Made by a program: the position numbers and the translations under genes. This document shows positions 1 to 13,386 of a stretch of DNA of 64,000 bases, one piece after another (the first letter of the stretch is position 1; the number at the start of each line of letters is the position of its first letter). The DNA is from Leidyana gryllorum EB-2025a (taxonomy: Eukaryota; Protista; Apicomplexa). Where the stretch lies: positions 1,612,001 through 1,676,000 of the forward strand of contig JBLWGC010000230.1 in assembly GCA_048772705.1 (NCBI GenBank), read 5' to 3'. The notes under the pieces were generated by a model. That model saw nothing but the letters and a program-made list of their open reading frames with translations. It was not told the origin of the DNA and ran no database searches.

Positions 1-2727
1 ACCACCACACTGTTGGGTTTATTGGTCTTGATCTACTTTGCCTACCACGAGATCAATCAGATCTACGCTCAGAGCGGAGTCAGCTCGGAGTTTGCAGCTC
101 GTAAGCTTTCTCTTGTACTCAGAGGCCTTTTGAGATGTAATATACCGAAGTGTCACTCGGATCACGCAGACAAAACAATGCTGCTTGGGACCAGTTATTC
201 TCCCCAGGACTCTGGATGGCTAGCTTCCACATGGCCATCAACCTACTTGACCTCGGAAGAGGCATAATCCAAACCTGCAGCTCCATGGCACCGTAAGACT
301 CGTCATCCCATAGCGTGACCACCTATATTCCCAGCTTCGGGTTCGATTTTATTCGTCTGGGAGTTTGGGTGGCCGGTGCGGCTGCTCTCGGAGGAGCCGC
401 TATGATTGTCATTGGCGACAATCTGATAGCCAATGTGAGCGGTTGGGCGAGTCAGCTTTGGGTTCTATACTCCGTCAGATGTCGTACCGGACGGGCAAAA
501 CCCATGAAGAGCTCAGAGCGTCCTTGCCGCACTTTTTCAATGTCTTGCTGCCTGCGACGGCCGACAACGTCCCTCACAAGAAATACATTGTAACTATCAT
601 CCTGCTGTGTGTCTTGCTGTCTGAATTTGCCAGCATGACTTTCGCTGGGACCTGTCTGGCTGACAGTTTAATGGTAATCCTAAGATGAGGAACTCTTCAT
701 TGTCGAATTTACTGTTTCGCGCGCGCCAATCAGAACATACAACTAATTGCGCAACGCAAACAAAGCCATTATATCACTTGCGCCATAATTGTTATTGTTG
801 GAAGTGCTATGATTGCGGTTCAATTTGTTGCACCCGTGAGTCCGACACCCTCTCCTGCATCGCAGATCTCCTGCCGTATCCACAGCTGGACTTTCTCAAT
901 GGCATCAACCTCCTGGGACCCTTGATGGTTCTATTCTTCGAGACGGTATTATACGGGTGGATGCTCAACTCTAGAAACCAAATACGGCATGTTGGAAGCA
1001 CGTCCAGTGAGTCCTTCCGTGTCGCTGCTCACATCTCCTCTCAGCTATGGGTTTGATCTTTTGTTACATTGTCCTCTTCGTCTTTGGCTTGTGTTTGGGG
1101 CTTCCGTGCCTCTTGACGCTCATGGAGACATCCCTGGGTGAGTGACTTTTGACCTCACCTTTCGTCCCCCTCACGTCCCGCTCAGATGTTGATGTAGCCG
1201 CGTGGGTCTATACGCTCCTTCCCATTGTCATCATAAGCCTGGTTGGTGAGTCTCAAACGTCTCCCGAAAGCCGCGTTTCATCGCTCTCTCTGCACTTAGG
1301 GCTGACGTCGTTGATTTTCATCCCAATGCTCCTCGCCCAGTCTGCCAAAACAACGGCCAACCACAAGTACGCCATGCGTCAAATGAAACCCTCGCCGATG
1401 CTGGACTTTGAGGCCGTGGCAGTCGATATCAACAGCAAGCGGTCTGTTGCTTGGCACGAGTCCTACTTGGCCCCCGACCAAAATTCATCAGATTCCGAAA
1501 GCAATGAGCAGAACATTATGGATACGGCACGAAGACATCTGGACTTTGAGTGGCGGCCACAAACCACCATTGAAGAAACGGTGTCGCACGACAGTGCCCT
1601 CACGAGCGTTAGTCTCTCACTGCAGCACCCGCCTGCCCAAAAATCACCAATGAGAACTCCGCAAAGACGCGCTGTTGTTGTTGAGCCACAGCGATCCGAG
1701 AGCCGTACACCCACTAAACAAAGCAACACAGCCGAGGTTCACGATCCGAGCAGCTCGTCTTCACACAATCTCTTGAAACATCACCAGGTGAGGGACTCCG
1801 CCGCACAATATTTATTCTCGCAGCACGCGTTGTGGTGGCATTATATGGGCAATGTGGAGATCCTCCGGTATGACTTGAACTGCTTCGCCGCAGAGCTTCA
1901 AGATGCTAATTACACAAGAAGGTTCCGTCTCACAATCCACTGGTCAATATGCATAAAGTTTATCGCACCCTTCCTGATCGTCCTTTTACTTTTCCACACC
2001 GCTTGCGACTTCTGCGGATCTCTCTCAGGCAACCTGGAGTACCTATGGAGCGTTGAACTCCATGGAAGACTCTTACGGATCTTTCATGTAGAGATCTGGG
2101 GCCGTAAGTGTCGCACCTGCTCTGTTTGGACACTTTGATTGGTCAGAGTTCTGGGGAGCCTGGACATGTTTGCTGGCGTTCATGGCAATCTTTGCCTTGA
2201 TGGTGTCATTATCCAGCAGAAGAAATAGACGGGTCACCACCGTCATCCCATTTCTGTGAGTTCCACAGCTCCGCTGTTGTGTGCAAAGCAGCATCTTGAC
2301 GCAAGTGCGATTGGGTGTGTCTCTTTCGTGTGTGTGCTGTAGGCGGGCCGGGCTGGGCTGGGCTATGTCAGATTGTCATTCTTTGCATTGATTCAGAGAG
2401 CTCCCTATCCTCCCACGGTTACCTCAACGTCACAAACAAGTGACGTACAATCCTCTGAAGGAGCGTATTTTCCGAGAGTTCCAGCGCCTGCGGAAGACAT
2501 CCGATGACGACGGGAGTTTTGTGAGTTCAGTGGACGGTGACATCTCCCCCACTCCATCGGAACTGTTCTATGCTCAAGGCCCAATCCCAGCGTGGGCTTT
2601 GGACAACATAGTTCACCCTCAAACACCAGTCCGAAGTTTCACCGAGGTTGAACGGACAGCAGATCACCTCATTCAGAGACGAAATTTGCAGTTGAGCGTT
2701 GGTACATCGTCAGCGCCTCAATTGTGA
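1..2727 (+). CDS. Sodium:neurotransmitter symporter (NSS/SLC6) family transporter, 5' partial, multi-exon
   Basis: Splicing GT-AG introns (e.g. 101-150, 293-334, 1246-1299) gives WDQLFSPGLWMASFHMAINLLDLGRGIIQTCSS (TM6-like), GPLMVLFFETVLYGW (TM10-like) and WSICIKFIAPFLIVLLL (TM11-like). The 3' exons are less certain. Confidence 0.65.
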
Positions 2728-2817
2728 TCTACACTACCGTTAGCGGGTTAATCGACTGATTAACGAACGAATACACACGCAGCAGTGAATCTGCTACAAA
2801 AAAGCCCCTATCAGTGA

Positions 2818-5800
2818 TCATTTGGTGGGCGACGGTTGTTGTGCTTGTTTGCGTTGAGTGGCCAAGAAGATTCGGATTTGCTCAGCGGCTCCTGTTGGAA
2901 GGATTGATTGCAGTCACTTGCAGAGAGAGGAGAGGAACTTACGCGCATCAAAACCCGAGTAGATCCACCGGTCAGGGATGCTGCCCTGACACCACTGGCG
3001 ATATAGATCTCTAAGGACACATACGTCCCGCTTCTCCAGCTCCGCCTTGTCTTCGTAGGCCAATCTCAGTACGACGCTGAGAGACTGCCAATCCCGATGC
3101 TTGACACTCCCAGCAATCATTGTGCCGTACGTTCTCGCCCCCGCGCCGAAAGTCTGTCTCATCTGGAGGGAAGAAAGTTTGAGATGAATGAAGTGGGCTC
3201 GTGGCTGCTCACCTCCTGCAGGTAGTAAATCGCCTCCTCTAATTTCCCGTTCCACGAGCAAGCTGCGATGGTCGCTGTATAAGCGAAGGTGTCCATCTTG
3301 AATTTGTAAACTCTAGGCAGAGTCTGTACGAGCTCAACTACATGGTCGGCAAGTCGACGTCTTCCATAGAATTTCACCAGTATCGTCAGGGTGAAACAGG
3401 TGGGCTTGACTCGAGTGGCGACCAGTTCTTTGAAAATGGTCTCGACCTGCTCCAAATCGCCGACCTTGGCCCAACCCTCCAAGATGGTGTTGTAGGTGAC
3501 GATGTCGGGTTTAAGTCCCTGTGCTGGTAGGCTATTGAAGAGTTGCATAGCGGAAGTCATCTCCCCCCGGTCGCACAATCCTTTGATGATGGTGGAATAC
3601 GTCACCACGTCGGGAGGGTGAGTTGCGTTCTCAGTCATATCCTGCAGAGGCAAAGATTGTCCGAGCTTGAGACATTGCGACAACGGAACGACGACAGAAG
3701 CTTTCACTTTCACAAAGTGGGCCGGACTTACGTGTAGGATCTCGATGGCTGTCTCCAAGTCTCCCGCCTGAACACAGGTGTGCATGAGATTATTGTAAGT
3801 CACGTCGCAAGGATTCATGTTTTGCTCCCTCATGTAGCGGTAGAGTTTGATGGCCTCTCCAAACCGCTGATGGGGAACACAGAGTCTGATCAGAGCAGAC
3901 AGCTGCTGATCTGGGAGCACGATGTTCATCGTCTTGGCCATCTCGGCAACCGAGAGCGCCTGTGTCAGATTTCCACAAGCCGTGAACGCTTCCACGGCGC
4001 AGCCAAAGATGTACGGTGTCCAGCGCACATCCGACCGGCACTCGAGCCTTCGCCACAGAGCCGTGACTTTAGACATTCTCCCACAGCGGCCGTAGCCCTG
4101 AAAGAAAAAGCGTAGATAAAAGAACACTGGGACTTAACATTGGGCCTCGGCCCCATAGGTCCACGGCAAATAGGAGACTTACTCGCATTAGAGTTGCTAT
4201 AGAGTACGGAGTAGGATTAGGAATTCGCGATTGATACTTATCGAGTATCTTCTTGAGTCTAGAAGTTTCACGTAATTGGTTGTAAATGTCAACCATCGAT
4301 GCTAGAAGGACAGAGTCCTCGTATAGATGCAGTTCTTCCACTATAGATGTAATTTCTTCGATGATTTCTGTTCTTGTATTGGGCCCCAGCTGTCTCAAAA
4401 GAATAGAACAGGTAAAGCCGTCAACCTTCACATTCCGTTTCCTCATCATCAGGAAATACTCCCACGCCTTCTCCAAATCGTTGGAGGCGGTAGCAGCGTG
4501 TATCGCTGTATTGAAGGTTACTTGGTCGGCCTTGACGCCATCTCCTCCTAAGTGGAAAGGCTCTTCCATTTGTTGAATCATTCGGTCAATGTCGGCAAAA
4601 CGCGGTGGCTTGTGGCGGGCCAGACCTTTTATAACAATATTGCAGGTCACCACATCAGGCCGTACACACGCGCCAGGGATAAAGTCCATCCCATTAATCT
4701 CGGAGTGCGCATCCGCGCGCATAACACGCAGTATGCCTTCAGCTTCCGTCAGACAATTATTAGTAACACACAAGTGGAGGATCTTATTCGCCACGCTGAT
4801 GTCCAAAATACCGCCTGGCGACCCACGTAGTTCGTGGAAGTACTGAACCGCACCCCGAACATCGTTGTTACTCGCAAGCTCCTTTACTACAGCCAGGGAA
4901 CGTCGCAGTTCCTCCTCCTTGGTGCTTTGAGTATTCCCATTCTTGCCTGAATATCCATCTTTAGTCTTCTGCTGTTTAGTTGCCAGCAATTCTAGGGCGG
5001 CAGCCGCCAATGGCTGCAGAGCGGCCAAACAATCGGGGTCGGTAACAGACTCCAAATGATGAACGGCACGTACTCCATCACCCGCTGCCAGGTAAACTTC
5101 CATTACCATTCGAGCCAATATGGTGTTGTGGGGATCCGAAGCATCGAACAGGGAAATTTGCGATACTGCGTCCGCAATCAAAACAAACTTGGAATTGAGT
5201 GCCCGTTCCAAGATCGAAATCAAATATCCGGGCATGTCATCCTTGAACTTAGCCACTCTCGAGGCTATTGCTAACCGCGTAAGCAAATGAAGCGCACGGG
5301 GATTCGCAGCTTCCACGTACAGTGGAAGAAACATATTGAGCAATTCGCAATCAATATGCGGAGCTACCTTGGGATCAGGGGGGAAACGTGGAAGGATTCG
5401 AGATGCCGCCACTATAATCTCGCGTGCCAATACTCGCCACCCGCACAGACTCCAAGCCTTAGAACCCTCATAAGGGGAACCGTGTGCCCGAGCAGAGAGC
5501 CACGCTGGTAATACCCGGGCAACGTGCACAGGTAATAGGGTCGGAAATACAAACGAATCACTCGGGTCGGGGGAAGTACTCCCCACCGCTCCTGGCGCTG
5601 TGGCTGATGCACCAGTGGCAGTCGTGGTGGTAGCACCAGCAGTATTAGCAGTAGTAGTAGTAGTTGTCGTAGCAGTAGTAAGAGTAGCACCACTACTAAC
5701 GGTTGCGTTGGCACCCGCCGTGGTAACGCTCCTCTGTGCTGTGGTGGCCAGCACGTGATCAGCGGCTGTGATAGGTAACCGTTTGCCCGGCACAGCTGGC

Positions 5801-8614
5801 AGTCCGCGCATTAGGGGGGCCAAAGTGAACTTGTGTACCAGGAGCGACATATTCAAGCAGGGCTGGAAACCTTTCCGGGGTCCCACCAAACCGGACAATT
5901 GACTTGGTACACCATATATAGTCTCATAACTCTCCAGTAGTCGCAGATAGCATAGATCGACGCGGCCCAAGGTGCAGCCCGTCAATTCGCCCACTGTACG
6001 CTTGCTCATTTGAAGCAAACTCTCACGAGTGTTCCCTTCAATCACTTCGGCGTAAGGTGATTGCTTATTCTGAACAAAGTAGGTTTCGGCAATCCGCCCT
6101 GCCAGTTCCACGATACACAAACAACGATTTAAAGCCTCGGGATGCTCGTGTAATCTGTACCACAGCGCCCGAAACTCCTTCTTATATAGATAGCTCTCTA
6201 AACGGGGGTCGGCGGAGTCCTCCGACTGGCCTGCAAATTCAAGAGAAACGTCAGTGTCTGTCTCTCTTCCCTCTCGCTCACCGGAAGAGGAAGATTCTGT
6301 TGGGTGGGTGACGGCAGGAAGTGTCAACAAATCTGGGTGTGCGAGTACCGTCGGATGTGACGGACGCCAGGTGGATAGTTGATTCTTGTCCCGATGATCC
6401 ACAACCCATTCCTCTGGCCGACGGCCAGCAGCTCCAGGAAGCAGTGCGAGGTATTCCTTTCTCAGGGTCGGGTCGCCCATAAAGACGAATGCGGGTACTA
6501 CCTCATCCAGAACCGTGTCCATCATCAGATCGTCTTCGCCCAACAACCTCCGTTCGCCTTTGGAATTCATGATTTGTTGCATGAGGAATTTCAATATCTC
6601 GGTCGAAGTAAAACTCTTCAACGGGCACGCGCCTCTCACACGATCATGCCAACCGCGATAGACCATTATTTCATCCGAGAAAGGCTGTAGAATGGCAGAT
6701 GAAAGCCGCCGTCGTCCCCCGCAAGAACACTTACTTTGCACATAACCAAAGGCAAGATAGAAAGAACTAGGTCCCGAGCCTCAAACTTGAAAGGCCAAGG
6801 TTGATCGTGGAAATTCCCAGGCAATTGGTAACTGCACAGGTCGAGGACGATGTCAGTGATGGCTCGAACGGGAAATCGAAGCCGAGTCAATATCTCCGAA
6901 CGACAAGAACTAATGTTAGCCACTTCCGGAAGGAACGGCTCGTTCTCGAACACGTCCACCAAACAAATGGACGGCAATAGAAGCCCTTCGCCCAACGCAG
7001 TACAGGACAAGAGCCACAATACAGCTCGCCATCGGGCCCTCCGTGCGAGGACTACGACGAATACCTCAAATACCAACTGCAACACTCCTGTCCCTCCCCA
7101 GTGTATGAGGAAAGTGCAGAAACAGTCGTTGGAATTGTGACCGCAAACATTGAAGAAAATTGGAGCCAATGCTTCCAATATGCGGGGGTGCCAAACGAGA
7201 GTATAAAGAGCACTCGTCGCTAAGTTCTTCATTCGCAGCTGCTCACTTGGCTGCATATCCAATTTGGTTGCCATGCACATAAGGAGTAAAGTTTGGATGT
7301 CGCAGATCAGTTGTCGAATCTCCTTGGCACCATCGGACAGGACAGGCTCAGGGTGACCCAATGGTGTCTGTCGCGGGTATATCATGGGAGGTTCGCCCGG
7401 GTCCACAAACTTCAACTGAGTGAACAAGGAAGCGCACAGCATTGCGAAATCCTCATAACACATCAATTGCGACGCATGGACACGGAGAGAACCCCAGGTC
7501 GGCGACGCAGACTTCCCACCTGTCTCCGACAATGAAGAAATCTCAGACGACGCGGAGGTCGAAGTCGCCGCTTCAGAACCATCGCTACTCGATGAGACCG
7601 TCCCGGCCTCTGTGCAATCATTCAGCTCAAACTCGCTGCGTTCAGCACAATAGCAGAACTGCACTGTGACGCGATGCGCGGTTTCCCAATCGTCTCGGCG
7701 CACTGCGCACCGCAGGTGACACATCAATCGTCGGATAGCATCGGATCCTAATACCAAAGCGAAATTGAGTCAAAAAGCATCGCGGTGTACCCCCCCCCCG
7801 AGAGCGTGTCTCCGCACTCCACACACTACGACACACGGACCGAGCAAAACAGAAACGGAAGCATAGCGGACTGTGTACCCTGTAAAGAGGTGGACGTCCA
7901 GTCGATGGTATGCATTTCACATATAAGCGCTCTCAACAAAACAAGATGCCACTTACTGCGGTTCGCGGTGAGAGTCAAGCGCTTGCGGCAAGCAAGGCTG
8001 GCTGGTGAGACCGAATGGCAGATATTTTGAGCCATATTGCTGTTTCCTGTTTGTTTGTTAGAATGCTGAGCGTTGTTAGCTTCCTTCGAAATCTTAGTGC
8101 GTTTTGATACATCCGTGGTAGTAGGCTCTGTTGAGTCCTGATTCCCGTCATGGTCAGCGGATGGAGCACTTGAGTCATCTTCGTCTGAGGTTACTTCGTC
8201 GTCATGGGGAAATTGACCTCCTCTTGGAGAAGATAGAGGCAGATTTAATCGAGTAAGTATGTCAGACTTTGAAGGGTCTCCCGCAGTGCTCACAGCTTCC
8301 TTCTCATCGGGAATGAAGAGAAGGTCCACTGGCATTAGGTATGCAAGGTTATTAGAGGAGTCGTTGGCAGCATCAGAAGGGGAAGTCGCTGTAGTGGTCG
8401 GGGTGTTATGGGTAGAAGAGGCGAATTCGTCGAAAGGATGCTTTTGCTTCGGAGAGCTCTTACGACCATAGTTCAAGGTGTTCAAGAACTCTGACATCGA
8501 TCCAAGGGCAGCACACAAGTCAGGGGACAAGAGGGAGGCAACATCTCCGAAGCCTGCATCGTCTTGAGATTCTTCCTGCTCGTTAACCCACGCCATCCCG
8601 TTGTCGCTGAACAT
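2818..8614 (-). CDS. Large pentatricopeptide-repeat (PPR) protein, ~1,800 aa, ~7 exons
   Basis: ORFs 7826-8614, 6666-7757, 4069-6741, 3159-4127 and 2914-3261 join in frame through GT-AG introns. Tandem 35-aa P-type repeats: PDVVTCNIVIKGLAR, ADQVTFNTAIHAA, PDVVTYSTIIKGLCDRG, PDIVTYNTILEGWAKVG, MDTFAYTATIAAC. Thr/Ala-rich linker near 5620-5750. Confidence 0.85.
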
Positions 8615-8697
8615 CTCAGCCTTGTGAGGTCAAAAAATTCAAACCTATCTGAGATCGCCTGTGGGGAAACGTGGCACCTTGTTGCCACCCCCGTATA

Positions 8698-10479
8698 CTA
8701 CCTCTGCCCCATCTGCTGACTTTCACTCCAATTTTGGTCACACAACTCACCCTCGGGGAACGTTGGTGTACTCACACCTTCGTTACTGAAAGACGGATAC
8801 TTTCGTACGCTGCAGGACGGAAGAAAAGATTGACCAGCCAAAGCATCTCGTACAAATGCACCCGAAGCCACACCCACTCTCAACCTTAGACGACACACCG
8901 CACGATCCCTGACGAAATGCCTCCTCACCCTTGATTGCCAACCTGACTCCGCCGGTGCGGGTGAGTCGGGGCGGGAGGAGGATCGCCTGGGAAGCGCGGT
9001 GCACCAACACTTTCGATTTCTGCGGAAGTTGTCGACACAGAAACAGACGTGGTGCTGCTCGCTGGGAACCGCGGAGGAGGCGTCTGCGTGATTACTCCTT
9101 GGGTCCCAGGCGGTGTCATCCTCATCCCCATCCCTGCACTCGGTTCCCGCAGTCGAGCCGAGCCCGGAAGCCGTGTTGTGTCTTGTTGTGGGGGGAGTCG
9201 TCCAGTCGATTCATGTAGGCGAGCAGACTCCCGCAGTGCCGCAGGTATTCCAGAGGTGGGAATGAGGGGGCTGACTGCATTGGGCCTCTCGAACCCTTGG
9301 GCGAGGCCTGGGATGAGTACCTTAGCCACTTTGGCGCAATCCTAACATCGGCTCGTCCCACACAGAGAAGATCCCGGCAGGACTCACCAGAAATGCAATG
9401 GTGGCTTCCTCGACGGCCCTTCGGTACTCGCCCGACAGCGTCCCGTAGGTCAGCGAGAGATACACACACTATCGACAAGAGAGATGGATGGGAACAGTGC
9501 GAATGGAGGGAGGATAAGGAGAGGATACAACGGAGGGACTCCGCCCAGCGCAGGGGTTCGGCACTTACGCGAGCTGTGATCTCAGCACTTCGAGAGAAGC
9601 AGCGAGGGCATTTGTGTGACAGCTCTCGCCGCAGCCTCTCGTCGCAGGTGAAAAAGTGTTCGAGGGATACCATTTCTTGTTGGCTCTGAGTGGGAGTGGG
9701 GTTTAGAGTGAGTAGCGAACAGACGGCAGACAGCTCACCACTTCGAGTCCTCTGGGCCATACGCCACCGCTGAGGATCATTTCAGTGACGATGCGGCGGG
9801 CCTGAAGCGTGGGTAACGCATGAAACCCCGTGTCGCGAGCTTGGAATAGGTCGTTGATGGTTTTCAGGTCTTGACGGAAGTCGTATATAATCCTTCTGAC
9901 AGTCTCAGATGCCAAGTTCTGAAGGCCCACGTTTCTGCCTTCGAGAAGCTCGGAGCAACCACACTCACAGTACTCTCGATCAACTTGTACGAAGCTTCCT
10001 TGTGCCAATGTGTGTGAACAGATGAATTCGGCCTACCTGTACTGTGGCTATCAAGCGGTCTCCTCTTTGGGTGACGTCATTTAGGTCTATCAGGTAAGGG
10101 TGCCAGGCTCCAGAGAGCTGACCGACCATTGCAGTAATGACCTCTGCTTGGTGACCAGCCCACTCCTTGGTGTGTTGCAGCGTACTGCGAACGCTGGAGG
10201 CGTTGCTGGCCACCACGTGTAATTGTTTGAATAAGATCAAGCGCAGATCGTTTAACCGATCTTCGGGGATCGGACTCCGTTGTGAAAGAGCAGTGAAGTG
10301 CTCCAAGTCAAGCGTGGGGACATGAAATGAGGACTCGCGGATCTTCTGTGGAGTCAGACTACGGGTTTGGTTGTGAGTAGCTGATCGGTCCCGCTCCAGA
10401 TGCAACTGCCGCGAGATTGTCAAGTGTTCCTTGTTATGTACCCCACCTTCGCCTTGAACTTCTCCTTGAGACGGGACAT
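8698..10479 (-). CDS. Hypothetical protein, helical N-terminal half and Pro/Ser-rich tail, multi-exon
   Basis: ATG 10479 (MSRLKEKFKAK). Consistent chain of short introns, including a 30-nt micro-exon EASYKLIEST. The stop could be at 8925 or 8698. Confidence 0.5.
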
Positions 10480-10527
10480 TAGAGGAGTTCCTGGCCCACA
10501 CGAGACTATGGTGTTGATACTTTTTTT

Positions 10528-10953
10528 ATGGATAGATTGGATGGAATAGCAGAAGAAGGCGGCTGTGGGGCGGCGTCAAAACCCGAGTATGTGAAGGCTT
10601 GCAGAGCGGCCGTGCGTGAGGCCGCTGACTATTTGCTACATCACCGGAATCCCAAGCCCTATCTGCAGAGTCTGATCCGAATAGCTGAGATCCTCTCAGA
10701 ACAGCAGATCGAACGAATGGGTCTGGACGCCATAGAGACGTTGAATCGAATTCTGTGTGTGCTTGGAGCACACGCTAGTGCCTATCCTGTTTTTGCTGAG
10801 CAATTCTCACAGCTGATCCATGTGAAGAAGTTCGCTGAACTGCAGGAGTGTCTGAATAGCCCCACGCTCTACAGATCATCCAAAAGATTGTTGAAAGAGA
10901 CAAAAGAATTGATGGTGGGTTCGTCGGGGGATGTCAAATCGGCTTTATACTAA
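10528..10953 (+). CDS. Hypothetical helical protein, 141 aa
   Basis: Single clean ATG-TAA ORF preceded by a T7 tract; amphipathic helical composition. Confidence 0.55.
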   Translation: MDRLDGIAEEGGCGAASKPEYVKACRAAVREAADYLLHHRNPKPYLQSLIRIAEILSEQQIERMGLDAIETLNRILCVLGAHASAYPVFAEQFSQLIHVKKFAELQECLNSPTLYRSSKRLLKETKELMVGSSGDVKSALY

Positions 10954-11042
10954 TAGTGAATAGCAGGCTGTATCGGTAGGTTTTTGGGTGGATTTAGTAT
11001 GTTTTAGACCAGCAGAACTTCTCGGAGCCGGTCGAATATATA

Positions 11043-13288
11043 ATGGCTTCATCTCAGCTCGCTCTATCTGTGCAGCTACCAGGCGACCTACGCTTGGGCC
11101 TTACGAACTTGCGAGTCCAAGATGTAAACTACAATAATGGCTCGGAGATCAGAGTGACTGTGGAGATCGATTTTACACTCCAACAGGATGCTAAACGACG
11201 AAACAACGGTACCTTTCGCGGAGAACTGGTTGGCCACTTTGAGCTCCCACCTCTCTTGCCGACCAAACCGGCGCCGAATTCACTAATCTCCACAGTCGCT
11301 GATACTTCCACGACTCCTTGCGACAAATATAGTGAAAGTAGCTCTACGCCACTCCTCGCCCTACCCGCCGCAGAACGTCCAAAGACCCCTTCCAGGGGCA
11401 GAACCGAGTCCAGAGCCCCCAGTGCGACCAATCATCAACGCCGCAGTGTAAGGGACATCTGTCCACCACAAGCCCCAACACCGAAAGAAAGTGCGACCCA
11501 CCCGGACCCTCAGGACCTTGATATACTTATGTATATGTGTGCGCGTGCGAGCAAGGAAGCGAGCGCGGGCGGCACTTTGGCAGTTGAACAGTTGGGCAGT
11601 TCGACGGTTGGCGTGGATTGCGCTGGCAGTCACTGCACGTTGTGCGGCTGTCGCTGTTGTCGTCGTAGTCACCACCGTCTGCTTTTCTCTGATATTGAAT
11701 GAGCCCCACACTGTGCTTGTGTGATCTTGTGTGATCTATATATCTGTGCTGCAGACTACCCGTCCACCGGAATCGCGGGATCTACGACGAGAGGTTGGAG
11801 TACGTCAGGGTGGCAGTCTGAGCCGGAATTCGTTTGGGCACCCGTTGGGACCGCCTTCCCGATTAACTGAGAAGTTTGTAGCAGGTGGTATTTTGTCAGG
11901 TTACGGTAAATCGCTAGGTCCCCTGCCAGTATCCCAGGTATCTACACCACCTCGGCCCTCGGCAGATGGGAAGAATGCGAGCAGAGAAGGCTCGGCTTAC
12001 AATGGGCCCACTGTGTTGGGTCGGGGGGAGTCTACTATTTTGAGTTCAGCGGCTCTCACAGAGCCAATTGGTCGCTCAGAAGTCCTTGACCCTATGTTGA
12101 TCACTTATACAATCCATTGTTTGGGTGAATGCTCACAAGATCCTGTCTCGCGGTCTACGTCTTCTAATGTGGGTAGCCGAAGAGCGGATATTGTATCTCC
12201 GTCGGGTGCCTTCGAGCAGCTGCGTTCTACATTACGGTCTATCAATCCGCACGACCTGACGCTGGCGGCCTTTGATTCTAGCCGTGTCAAGGGCGCCCCG
12301 TGGCTGATACAGGTGGGAAGTATGTATGAACACACTTACTATCGATCGGGTGTGCAGCTCCATGTACTGCACTTACTGCAGCGCATGGCGCATCATCACA
12401 GCCGGTCGCTGGAGAAGCACGACCGTATGCTTACCATGTTTATACTTCTTTCCAAGTGCACTGACAATTTGCGCTCTACTGTAGTACGGCAGACTCTAGC
12501 ATTGATACATGATCTGTACAATTATATGACCATTCAGCGAGTATTGGTGAGTTGGATGCCTGCTGTGGATAGATGGGGTGGGCCTTAAGGCTCTCCCTGT
12601 AAAAGCCGGCCTCTGACCTTTGCATTGCTTTGCTTGTCTCCCATTAAGTCGACCGACTTAGCGCTTCCCTCTGTGATGCCAGGCGGCATTTGACTCGCTG
12701 TTGCAGGACTGCGGAGTAGTGCATCTGCTGCCTGCGTGTTTACGGCGGGCGGCGGATTCTACGAATCTGTTTCTATCCGAGGCAGCTCTCGAGGCAGTTG
12801 ATCCAATCATAGCTAAAGCATCTGAAGGGCCGTGTTTCTCATGCATCAAGTCTTTGATATCGACTGCGTGAGAAAGGGAGTGTGTGCAGGGGGTGTTTGA
12901 TGGTCTTGAATGCAGTAAGACGGGAGCGATGCGGAAGCATTTGTTCCGAGTGGCCCGACGGTTGGCAGAGAAGAGCGGTAGCAAGCTAACATCGCTGCCG
13001 GAGATCGAACGCATAATAACATTTGCCATAAAGGTAAGTGCGTGGAGCGATCGAAGTTGTGCATGTGATTCATTCAGGGCCTTCGGGACGCCGACAGCGA
13101 ATCACGAACTGAAGCCCGATTGTTGTGTACAACATTAACTGAGTGAGTGAATTGTCTGTTAGCCCGCTTGGTTTCGTCAAAAAGATAATAGGTGCTTTGC
13201 TAAAGCCTCCCCAAAAGAAGTCGGAAGAATTCAGAACAAAGTTAGACCTGAAGATTGGCAGAAATTCTTGACCCTCCGTAGTGGTTAG
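11043..13288 (+). CDS. TOG/CLASP-N (HEAT) domain microtubule-associated protein (TOGARAM/crescerin-like)
   Basis: Spliced C-terminal domain contains NLRSTVVRQTLALIHDL, RRAADSTNLFLSEAALEAV and GLRDADSESRTEAR, typical CLASP-N HEAT motifs. Disordered Ser/Pro-rich N-terminus. Confidence 0.7.
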
Positions 13289-13386
13289 AGAAACCCTTGG
13301 CCTTTTTGGGACATTTTGGGACAGCCTTCAAACTCAAAGCTTTTTTTACCCCCCAGAAGCTTTATAGACCATTAAAGCATATTACC

